Shown: piece after piece, positions 25,474 through 36,331 of the stretch
Layout of the letters: each line of letters starts with the position of its first letter
Position numbering within the stretch: the stretch's first letter is position 1
Source of the DNA: Psammoneis japonica
Taxonomy: Eukaryota
Assembly (NCBI GenBank): GCA_008632985.1
Contig: QPGO01000016.1
Span: 158,840-222,839 of the forward strand
Reading direction: 5' to 3'
DNA length: 64,000 nucleotides
Program-made: the position numbers and the translations under genes
Notes under the pieces: generated by a model
Database searches by the model: none
What the model was told of the DNA's origin: nothing
The model's input: only the letters and a program-made list of their open reading frames with translations

Positions 25474-27419
25474 GGTGATTTCTTTGAACTTGCGCTCAGT
25501 TGGCTTGGAAGAAAGCTCAATGGAAGACTGGTCAACAGCAACATCGTCTGCCATGATGGCATCTTTGTTGCGAGTTGGGGTGGGGCTGCCATCAGCGACG
25601 GAAGAAGACGCCATGGTGGTTGGCTGTTCTGCGGGAAACCTGGCATCAAAATCACGCAGGCAATGTCAATGCGAGTGCGCGCAGAATTGTGAAAGCTGTC
25701 CAGCAAGAAGAGGGTTTGTTTGTGCAGCCCCATCTGGCAGATCCTCATGCAAAGCAAAACTGGGAATGAATCAAGGCATGTGGACCTGCCAACTCTCAAG
25801 CTCCACCCCATGGCTCTCCTCTAAAAATGGATCTCAAAAAAGGATGTGGACAAAAGAAATCATTCACTGTTGATGTTTTGTTGCTTTGATGAGATGGTTG
25901 AGCCAAGAAAGAAAAAAGGTGGCTGTCAATTGGATGCTCTGTGGCAGGCAAGAAGGGCTGATGGTCAGTGACAGGCTGGGGCATCAACACCTCTGTGTTT
26001 CACCACAACAAGCCAAGTCAATCATTGTGCAGCTTGACAAACAGTGAGTGTGAGGAAGCCTGTGGTCACCACATCTGACTCCACAAGAAGAAAAAAACAA
26101 AATGAGTTGTCAACTTTGTCCTGAGCCTGTGATCCATGGGTTGCGCAGTTTGCAACAAAACACCGCGGATCATGATCCAGAGGATGCAGGTGTTTCAGTT
26201 CCCATTTTGTGCAACAATGCAACAACTGCATGTGAGCTCACAAGAAGGGAGGACAACAATTGACAGAACTTGGTTTTTGGCAACTTTGCTGACTGAAGAA
26301 TCAATTTGTGGGTCCTCTGTCTCTCTGCTTGAGTCATGACAAGAAGACAGGGACCTCATCTCAGCAGGAATCATGTCATCAGATTGAATGCTGAGTTCCA
26401 CCATGGTCACTTCAGGTGCACAAGAGGGCTCTGAGAAGAAGGTCCTCAGGTTCAAAATGACACTGCACCACGAATGAGCAGATTTTGCAGCATGAACCCC
26501 CAGAATGTGATTTTGAATTGTTGATGGTGGCATGCTCTCACTGTGGAACAGCAATGGAACAATGTTCTGAATGATGCAATGTGGAAAAATTGAGAATCAA
26601 TTTGGCCAGCAGTCAATCATTTTCCAGCCAAAGAAATGACCAAGGCAGTTGCAAATTTGGAATGTTTTCTGTGACAAAATGAGGGTAATTTGTTGTCACT
26701 TCACTTGGCCAGCAAAAGTCATTGGGTGCAATTTTGTGCAAAGACCACTTGCAAATGAAGTGGTCAATCCCAAATGAACCCCGAGGACTTTTGTCCAACC
26801 AACCCATCCTGCAGTGGAAGGCTGTTGCTGGGTCAATGGTGAACAGCTGTCACTGAAATTTTCAGACGTCCAGCATCTCCAGATCACTGTTGCTGTTGCC
26901 ACAGGAAAAAATCATTGTGGCAGTCAAAATTCTTAGACAAATTGCATTCAAACAGATGAACCTCAGATTTTTTCCCTCTGAATTTTGTGGATGGCACAAG
27001 CAGGTCAATTGTTTCTCACTCCGCACCTGCTGCATTTTTGAACAGGCCTGCTTCTCCCCCAGAACAACTCCTCATGAGCAAACACAGCAGCAGCGAGAGC
27101 AAAATGAGAAAAGTGGAGGTGACCCCAGTGCTTCTGCACTGGAGGTGGAGGGGTCACCATGCCAGCATCATCATTTTGAAAGACACAGTGAATTTTTGCA
27201 TGAGATTTGGTCCAATCGCTCCAAGGGCCAAGGCAAGTCAAAAACACAATGTCAGCACTGTTTGTTGCATTCACCATTTGCCAAATGCATGTCTGCTGAA
27301 TCAAGCTCATGACGCACAAGTCACAGTTTGATTCATTGTGGCTCCAAAGTTGTTGCCAGCATGACTTGAATTGGAAAAACCCATCGGTTTGAAAAACACA
27401 CGCATGCAATCCAGACACA

Positions 27420-27830
27420 ACATGTGCACACATCAGTTTGGACAAACCACCCTTTTTGTAAAAAACAACACAGACCCCAATGCATGTGTGTGTGAAATTG
27501 GACAAACACACATCAGTTTGGACAAACCACCTGCAAAAAAATCATGTTCATCCCAGTGCACACACACACATGAGAAATTGGACAAACACACTTCGGTTTG
27601 GACAAACCACCCTGCAAACAAACAATCATGACACCAATGCACTCACACACAAGAAATTGGACAAACGCACATCAGCTTGGACAAACCATCCTGTTCACAA
27701 AAAACATGGAACCAAACAAACACATGCAAGAAATTGGACAAACATGCTGTGCAGCACATCAGTTTGGACAAACCACCCCGCAAATGAACAACATTTGTCC
27801 CAATGTGTGCACATGAGAAATTGGACAAAT
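27420..27830. repeat. Imperfect tandem array, ~75-85-bp unit (AAATTGGACAAAC...CAGTTTGGACAAACCACC)
   Basis: TTGGACAAA recurs about 10 times in alternating short/long spacing. Confidence 0.85.
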
Positions 27831-28341
27831 CTGCACAGTGCTCCGATGCATCTGCAGCACAGCATGTGGACTCTGCTGGCAGCCAGGGCTGCAGGTGGTG
27901 CAGGATGACTCTCTGTTCAAAAATCAAATGATCGTCGGGCCATCATCGCGATCGCGACACTCATGACTGTTGATGATGAGAGGTGGCGGAGGTTCCTTTT
28001 CACCGCGACGAATCATCTTTGCAAGCAAAACATGGACATGGATCCAAACCTGGATTTGTTGAACAGTCTGTTTGTTGGGGAAAACACAGAAGACGTTTGT
28101 CGTGCACTGCAAGCCGGCGCCGATTTGAACCATGCTGCATTTTGGGAAGATGACGGTGCTCCGTTTCAAGTCCTTTTTCATCTTGTTGGCGTTGTTCCAA
28201 CGCCAAGAAATGTCGATGCAAAATTGCAACTCTTGCTGGATGCTGGGGCACGCGTGAATTTTTGACATTCAAAATGTGGCTGGACCCCCTTGCTCCACTT
28301 GTGCCATCATGGGCGTGTGTCCACGGTTCGGATCCTTGTGT

Positions 28342-30135
28342 CACACTGACAGACATCCGAGATGGGGAGCACACTAACTTGTGTTGGACAGACTGGCGTG
28401 GACAGCATGGAGAGATCTGATGATCTCTCCTTTGCTCACTTTCTTTCTCATCTAGCACACGATTGTCATCTGTCCCAGATGTCCGTTAGATTGTCCCAAT
28501 GCCGCTGGTCTGCAAGGTTGTGAGCAGCAGTGTGCTGTTCCTCTTCCTCTGTGCTCCTCCATTGCAATGCCTGTTGTGTGATTTGGCGACCTTTTCTTCG
28601 TTGAAATCGTCATCACTGTCACAGCTGTTTTTTCACCTCTCGATTTGTGATCAAACAACCACCGCAGAACACATGCCAGAGCTCTGTGCAGGAATTTGAT
28701 TTTTTTTCCCGCGCAACCATGGTGAACAAAAATCAAGACGCCGTCAATTTGACCAAGATCAAGACGATGCGGGTTGAATTCAGCCCACACAATCGCTCAC
28801 CCGATGCCCACATTTTCCTGAATGCCTTCATTTGGATGAGATCCCTGCTCCTGAAGATCTTTTGGATGGATTCACCCCTCAAGGCCTCAAGAGCGATGCT
28901 GTCACTGTCCTCCGACATGAGATCGTTCACAATCTCATCATCCCTGAAGCCACCCTGACCAAAGATCTTGCGCGAATCGGGCCGATCATTGAAAAGGCTC
29001 CTCTCTTTGTGGCCACCCCTCAAGGCTCCTTGGTTTGCCTGAACCTCAGTGCTCTTCAGAAGACTGTGATCAAGGCGATCTCAGAGAACGACGACACCAT
29101 GCATGCATGTGTTGGGACTCTGCGTTTCTGTTTCAGCCCTCGTTTTCGGCATTGTGATTGCTGGGATGATGTCTCCGATGACCCGCATCCAGATCCACCG
29201 ACTGCTTCAAGTTCTGCATCCCCTCCGGTTGCTGCTGCAGGTCTCACTCCTGAAGACTGTGCCAAGGCCTTGGCAACTCATTTGCCTGGTCCAAACGGGG
29301 TGTGGGCAAGCTGTGGTTGGTGGGTTGAGGACCATTTCGAGCTCTCATGCACATGCTGAGTCCAAGTTGTGCCCAGATCCCGCTTCTGCTGCCAGTGGCT
29401 GCAACACTGCTGTTGCATCTCTTGTTGAAGATGCACTTGCTGTGGACTCTCGGATGGACCCTGCGGATGACAGAGTTCTTTGAACATCAAGTCTGCTGTG
29501 TCCACCACAGAACCAGTGGGTGAGCCATCTGCAGCTGTTGATGCCAGGTCCCTTGCAATTCCCACCGAATCGGCAGCACTTCCTGCCGACGTCCATGCCT
29601 GCCTGCTTGAGACCCCAAAGTTTTTTGTTTCAGCGGGCCACTCTGTTGTTCCATGCAAAAAGGGCCACACTCACCTCAAGGATGGACTGCTCTCTCTTGC
29701 CAAGGTTGCACCCAAGCTGCTTGCCACCTGCATCCCGCCGTCATCGGATGCTTGCGGATGCCGCCAGCACTCTGTTGGTTGTCAAGTTGATTCGCACTTG
29801 GATTTGTGGTTTGGCCGTCGTTGACTTCGGACACACGATGCCGCCATTCTTTCCATCATCCAAGCAAGACCAATGGAAGCAGGGCAGTTGTGAAAGAGGG
29901 CCACGGAGTCTTGCTGCCTTCTGCCATCACGTCTCTTTCCTCCGTTGTCAGGACCGTTGTCGTGTCCATTTGCACTTTTCATGGCACTCTGGACCTGTCC
30001 ACCATCGCTGATGATGATCCTTCATTTTCTGATCAAGGGAGGGAGCAATGTTGTGCAGAGGAAGTGTGCACGATTGATCATCACACCAACTCTTCCAGTG
30101 TGTCGCCTCTTTCCTTCACTGTCAAGACCGTTGTG
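28342..30135. mobile_element. ~1.8-kb unclassified insertion in the ankyrin gene
   Basis: Removal restores the ankyrin frame. Flanked by a GTGT(C) direct repeat with CACA...TGTG ends. Contains a decayed unidentified ORF at ~28720-29800. Confidence 0.6.
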
Positions 30136-30610
30136 GTGTCGAGTGGCATTGGTGCGGCAGTCAACGCAAGAGAAACCAGGCATGGTTTCATGCCTCTGCA
30201 TTTCACCGCAATGAATGGATGTGGTGATGTCTGTCGGTTTCTTCTGCAGAACAATGCTGACGTGGATTCGAAGTCACTGCAGCGGCAGATGGCCGAACAG
30301 CTCTTCACATTGCCGTCAGCCGCTTGGATCGAGAAAGCATTGTGAGACCACTTTTGGAGCATGGAGCGAATGTGAGTGCCACAAGCGAGAGAGGAGGAGT
30401 CACGCCATTGCACATGGCTGGCAAGTGTGGCAGTGAAAGCCTTGTGAGACCACTGTTGGAGCACGGCGCTAATTTGAATTCCAGAGCCGAGAATGGGTTG
30501 ACACCATTGGACTGTTCCACCAAATGTGGCAACCACGGTGCCACCTCTGCCTTGATGGAAGCGCATGGGCAACAGCTGTTGTCGCACGATGACATTCCGC
30601 GAGCGCTCTG

Positions 30611-31754
30611 GGACACACGGCATTTTGTCGCATTTGGCGACATTTTCTTAAATGAATTGATGATTTGTCGCGAAAAGACGCGAACTGCGACAAAATGTCC
30701 GGGTTGGCGACAAACGGGACAGAAACATTGTTCAATTGAGTCACAAAATGATTGATGTCATTTGTGACCAACCTGCACTTTGGTGGTGTCGTTTCAACAA
30801 GTGGGGCAATTGACCAAATTTGGCGATCGATGTCATCGACAAAAATTCACCCGACAAAATTTGTCGCATCCAACAAAATTTGTCGCACCCGACAAAATTT
30901 GTCGGACATCCGACAAAATTTGTCAGATGTCTGACAAAATTTGTCGGCATGCGACATGACAAGACACGACACGACACGACAAGACACGACACGACAAGAC
31001 ACGACACGACAAGACACGACACGACACGTCACGACAAGACACGTCACGACACGAGGACTCACGAACGAAACACCCACGCCCCCCGCACATGCTGACCGCT
31101 GACGTCTCCGTTGACACTGCCGTTGTGTCTCTTTTGCACGATGATGCAAAGCGACGATCATGCCACTCTCGGCGGTCTCCATGCTCTCGTCAATGCCGGG
31201 ACAACATCGCACGCTTCTACATGGTGCAACGGAGTGCGCCGGCATGCATTGCTGCACTGTGCCTTTTGTCAGCACGGCTGGGCACTTCTGAATGTTGGGG
31301 AGTGTTGCATTGTCGGCATGTTGCAAACGTCTGTCTGTCAGTGTTTGTCGGCTCTTGTCGGCTCTTGTCGGCGTTTGTCGTACATTGTCGGGGTTTGTCG
31401 GGGTTTGTCGGGGCTTGTCGGGGCTTGTCGGGGTTTGTCGGGGTTTGTCGGACACGACAAAATTTGTGGCACGTCCGACAAAATTTGTCATGCATCCGAC
31501 AAAATTTGTCGCATGTGCGACAAACTTGCCAAAACATCGGTTGACAAGTGCAGTCTTTGCCGAAAGTCAAACTCATCATGTGGCACTGCAGTTGATGTGA
31601 CGTTTGTGTTTGGGACACGTCATCACCAATTGAATGATGATTTTGTCTTGTTTGTCGCCAACGGTTGAAATTTGTCTCAAAGGGCGTTTTTCATGACAAA
31701 TCGTCCAATTCATTTGTGGGAATGTCGCAATTGGCAACAAAATGCCGTGTGTCC
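30611..31754. mobile_element. Non-autonomous TIR element (PIF/Harbinger-like by 3-bp TSD) filled with mini- and microsatellites
   Basis: TIR GGACACACGGCATTTTGT (18 bp perfect, ~70 bp imperfect); TSD CTG; removal restores the host frame. Confidence 0.88.
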
Positions 31755-33805
31755 CTGGGCCCATGTGTTGGCCAAGGTGGGGAGCAGGAGCACAGACGTG
31801 TCTAGAGTGGGCCTTGTCACAGTGGTTCAAAGCAGCATCAGCTTCGTAGAAACATTTTTTTTTGCACCAGCGCAGAACTGTGCGCATGTGTCTGGTGCAC
31901 AAAAATCATGCCACATCAACCATTTTCTCCAATCTTCGGCAATGGCGGCGTTTGTCGGTTCGCAGCTGTTGCGCTGCTGAAACCATGTCAATTGTCATCA
32001 AACCTGTGGCACGTCACTTGTCACCCTCTTCTCAATTCATGTGTTCCTTTGAAACTGCGCATTCTTTAGCCTCAATCCAGACAATCAACAACATCAACAC
32101 AAGGTAAAAATCCAAAGCAGATGCGATTCCTCGGGACAAGCATGCGCGAACTTTTGCGTCTGAGCCACTGGATGCCGCCGCTCATTGCATCTACTTTTAG
32201 CTTCTTCACGGTGTCAGCATCAGGCGCGGTGTCGAATGAGTTTCTTGATTCACTTGTCACTGTTGTAAAGTGCGGCATGTCTGTGCGGTTCGCAGTTGTA
32301 CGAAACCAATGACCCAAACAGGACACACGCTGATCCGATTTTGCTTCCTAAAAATCATCAAAATTGGGAGTCCCATGACCCAATTCACCCCGCCTCTGCT
32401 TTTCTAGCGCCTCTCCAATCACCTGTCGTGTGTTGCCATCCCCTGATTCACACATGTCCTTCATGAGATCCATGATCCCATCTGCGCGGTTCTCCTTGTT
32501 GTTTAGTTTGCTTGCAGCTTTTCGCTTGTCTGCTCAAATCTCTCCAGAACTCACAGCTCCAGAAATCCGTTTTGTTCTTGTCCAACTTGACAATCACCTT
32601 GTCCGCTTTCACCACGCGTTTCGAAAATTCCGGGTCAATGTCATGCGACAAGCTGTCCTTGGTGAGGCGATGAGATTTCCCGCTCAACTTCTTGACGACC
32701 AAATCAAATGAACACTTGGCAAAGGCACAAGCCACTTGATCTCGAGGAATTGATCTGACACTTGGTAAAGGCACAAGCCACTTGATCTCGAGGAATTGAT
32801 CTGACGCAAGAAAAGGGAAGAGGCGCGCAAACAGTTGCAAACGGAGAGTTGAAGTTGCCGGCATCAAAGAGAACCAACCAATGGGTGCAAACTTTTGTCC
32901 GGGACTCACTGCAGGTGGATCTGTGGGGATCAACACTGATGGTTCTCTGGCTCGGTTGGCGCCAGTGTTTCTTCTTCGGCAGCCAATTTGCTTTCTGCGT
33001 CAGACTCTTTGTTGGCCATGGTGTGACTCTTTTCCACACTCTTGAGCACCCACCCAGAGATTGTTGAGGACAGGTCATTCCAAAAGAGAACCAAAAGAGC
33101 AGAGAGTGAATGAATGAGGAGCACTGCTTGTCAACATGGTGTCATGTGGCCACAAAGCAGTGCAAGGCATGAGACGAATCTCAACTTTCAATGAACAGTC
33201 ATTGCAAGGCATGGCACTGGGATGCACAGATCAAATGGTGTGGCTCGCGCCACTTTGCCAGGGGAGAATCAGGCGGGACAGTCTGTCAGATGCTGCTCCA
33301 GTTGTTGTTCTGTTTTCTGCAATGCAGCTTTCACCACCTGTTCTTCCAATCAATCCACTTCATCTGATGCTGCCAAGGGGCCTTGGTGTTGACAGATCCC
33401 CCCATCAAGGTTGGATCTTGCTGCTTCATTGGCACTCATCAGTTGCTGTGTGCCAATGGGTTGCTCTTGTTTCTTGAATTCCTTGTTGATTTCCTTGGCA
33501 CTGATTGCGGCTGCTTGGGCTGCTTCTTTGACCTTTTCACTCAGTTCATTGGCAGCTTCGCGAGGGTGGGGTCATTTGCAATTTCAAATTCCAGCCTCCC
33601 GCACAATTCTGCGGTTTTGAGTACTGTCATGAGCACCTCCGACACAGACATCTATGAGTACCGGTATTTGATGCACAAAGCACAAAGATGACAACATCAC
33701 AACATCATGCATGATGCGTGAGCCTTTCAACTGTTTCAGCACGGTAAAGGAGCATCGAGAATCTGCATCAAACCATCAGAAGAAGCATGGTGTCAGCAAA
33801 CGACA

Positions 33806-35822
33806 ATGCCGGAGACCAGAAGCGCCGCCAAGCGTCGGCGTATTGCTCAAGGGCCGATCATTCCTCCCCTCCATTTTTTGCCCTTGAGCCCCTCCCCTTA
33901 TCGTCGCACAAAAACAAAAACAAAAACAAAAACGTTTTTTGTTTTCGTGACACGCGCTACGGCCTTATCGCCGAACAAAAACAAAAACACCCCCTTCCAT
34001 ACATTTCTACGCCAAACCACGTATGTACGGATCCACGCGCTGACAATACCGGCTCCAGACGACCGCAACAAACAGAAGGGGCAAGACACGCAATGGCGTG
34101 TTCGAATCCATTTTATGACGGCAATTGTCGATCAATCATGACACAGGCATACAGTCGATACTATTGATTGAATGTCATCTATAGCATAAAAGATAAGGTG
34201 AAATATGGTAGCTTATGTGCAGAATACTAGTACAACAGATCGGTTGTCAGAAAAGCGCTGTTCTTGTGTCGTGTCATCACAAATGCGAATCATAAGGCGA
34301 CTAGAGTGATGGCTAAGGCAAAAGTAGAACCTTATATGGCTAATAAAAATATGGCGGATTGAATAGTCACGTTCTTTCCTCCCTTCCACGTATCTTATGT
34401 GCAGAATACAGCGGATCGTTTCATCATGCTTGTGTTGTGTGGTCACAAATACAAGCCATAAGGCATCTATAGTAAAGGCTAAGGCCACAGTAGAACCATA
34501 TATGACTAATGTTAATATGGAGAATTTAATGGAAAAGCTTTTTCCTCCTAATTCTACCACAAGGGGGCGCATCGCGTCGATGTGTCGATGTATCAGCCAT
34601 GGTCGTCGCAGGTAGTGGAATTTGTACGTGGCGAGACACGTACCGGTAGCTGCGTTTTTGTGAGCTGTTTTGTTTCCCCACAAAAACCTGATGTCGTTTT
34701 TGTTCACGAGTACCGGTACTCGTGAACAAAAAACGAAAGTCTTAGTCGAGCGAGTCAATGTGCAGTCGAATGGGTCAAATGCGTTTTTGTTTTTGTTTTT
34801 TGTGCGACGATAAGGGAGGGGTGAGTGTCGCTGGCGAAATCCTGGGATACTTGGATCTGGCATCGCTTGTTTGCATCAGTGCCTGCAACGGTCAATTGAA
34901 GAAGCAAGTATACGAGTATCATCATTGGCTTTGGAGTACTATTGATTTTGGTCCGGTAGGCAGATCCGTTGCGTCAAGAATCTCAGACTGTCAACTTGAA
35001 GCATTGCTCCGTAAGAATCACGCTCTTCAACGCTGTCGTACTCTCAAGCTCAACGGCTGCACGCATATAACTGGGAGCGGATTGGAACCGTTACGTGGTT
35101 CTTGTATGCTACAAGAGATTGATCTGAGACTGGCCTTTGAAGGAGAATCTGAGTATCCTGACGACAAAGAAACCAAGTGGCCATGTGGTCCTGTCGAGCT
35201 GAATCTCGACTTTGTTCTGCCGTTGCTCTCATCCATGCCACCGATTACGCCAACACCACTGCTGCAGGACGGCTCACTCGGACTGTCGCTCGTCAAGATT
35301 CGGAAGCAACGGGACGAGTATCGAAGTGATATTCTGACCTATGATCTTCAAGTCTCTGCATGGTACCGCACCTTTTATGAAGCTCTAGAAACCCAGGCCG
35401 AAGTTCAGCAAACCCGCTGTGGGCATTGCGATTCCGTCATTGCGCATGTGGCACCCAAGGATGACCTGCTGTGGGTGATGAGCTATTCTTATTGCGAGAA
35501 ATGCAAGAAATACATCTGCTGTGGCTTCAAGGATGGATGCCTTGATAAGGTGGACTGCAATCGTTGCATGGTTCAATGTTGCCAACCGCATAATGAATCT
35601 GAGTACAACAAATGTCCCAACTACATGACGATGCACGTTTGCATTTCCTGTGGCTTTTCAGAATGTGACAATTGCTACGATGGAATGCTTTGCCATGGTT
35701 GCGATCGTTATTATTGTCAAATCAGAGACTGCTGCAATAGTAATTGCAGCGTATGCGAAACTTGTGAGATCGCCTACTGCAGGGAATGCCTCGAATCAAT
35801 CCGTACGTTTGTTCGCATTTGA
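33806..35822 (+). pseudogene. F-box protein with LRR-like segment and Cys-rich C-terminus, disrupted by a TIR element
   Basis: After removing 33889-34825 the frame reads LHFLPLS|VAGEILGYLDLASLVCISACN..LWSTIDF, then TLKLNGCTHITGSGL and many CxxC motifs. Confidence 0.82.
33889..34821. mobile_element. 933-bp non-autonomous TIR element (MITE), not TA-depleted
   Basis: TIR CCCCTCCC(C)TTATCGTCGCAC(AAAAAC)n; 4-bp TSD TGAG at 33885-33888 and 34822-34825. Confidence 0.92.
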
Positions 35823-36331
35823 GTGGGGCGGAGCAAAATGATTGAGTCTTATGTTCTTTGATGTGATAACTCTGAAGTGAATCCATTTCTGAACTGTAAT
35901 CTACCGGTAGTACCGTAGCAGGATTCTGCACACACTCTCTAGATTGTAGTGGGGCACTCGCTATGTAGTGGTAGTGTACTTAGCTTTTTCATAGTAGTAG
36001 CATCTACTGTGCCACAGCCTTTTGCTGCAGAACCCGACTCGATTGTCACATACAATTGTGCCGATGATCGATACATTCGGGGTGCCTACACTGCATATTT
36101 TCCTCCAGGGGTGCTGTCCGTCCCCGAATGGTGGCAGGCCTACCACGAAATGGAAAGCTCCCCAATGTTTTTTTGGCAGGTTCGGATTATCATTGTGGAT
36201 TCGGAAACGGATATATCGAGGGAGCTGTCCGGTCGGGACAAGCGGCGGCAGCGGATCTTGTGGTTGAGAAGTTGAAGGTAGTAAAGACCGATTCTAAGTG
36301 AATTCTATTATGTACGTATGCTCTAGACGAT

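Larger units (their letters stand above)
16085..25614 (-). pseudogene. LINE ORF1, split in three by the Copia element and MITE copy B
   Basis: The frame rejoins across both insertions: ...KFKEIT|LRFETRGEE... and ...GGDKCPAT|HCPCHRVL... It ends in a Q-rich coiled-coil-like segment. Confidence 0.8.
9916..25689 (-). mobile_element. Full-length non-LTR retrotransposon (APE-RT-RNase H-Zn finger; Ambal-like), ~8.0 kb after removing nested insertions
   Basis: 17-bp TSD TGAAAGCTGTCCAGCAA at 9899-9915 and 25690-25706; ORF1 and ORF2 remnants on the minus strand. Confidence 0.9.
27963..31870 (+). pseudogene. Ankyrin-repeat gene broken by two insertions, a stop, a frameshift and TA hypermutation
   Basis: ALQAGADLN, LLLDAGARVN, GWTPLL, GFMPLHFTA, GVTPLHMA..LLEHGANLN, GLTPLD. 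The frame rejoins at VRILV|SSGIGAAVN and IPRALW|AHVLAKV. Confidence 0.85.
6005..33700. other. TpA-depleted (TG/CA-enriched) hypermutated repeat domain 1
   Basis: TA is nearly absent except inside 22450-22900. Six-frame ORFs are Tyr-poor and Cys/His-rich. The change from flanking composition is abrupt. Confidence 0.93.

Noticed and set aside
27420..31520. CRISPR-like appearance of spaced repeats
   Set aside because: The intervening sequences are similar to each other rather than unique spacers, the context is eukaryotic, and no cas genes are present.
32711..32805. ~47-bp tandem duplication (similar short duplication at ~51606-51693)
   Set aside because: Ordinary local slippage; no further structure.
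6005..33700. Dozens of overlapping Cys/His-rich ORFs in all six frames (also 47.7-49.2 kb and 58.2-61.4 kb)
   Set aside because: By-product of TAA/TAG loss in TA-depleted DNA. Only frames with recognisable motifs were kept.
35949..36275. 108-aa ORF with hydrophobic N-terminus
   Set aside because: No ATG start and no recognisable motif; insufficient support.
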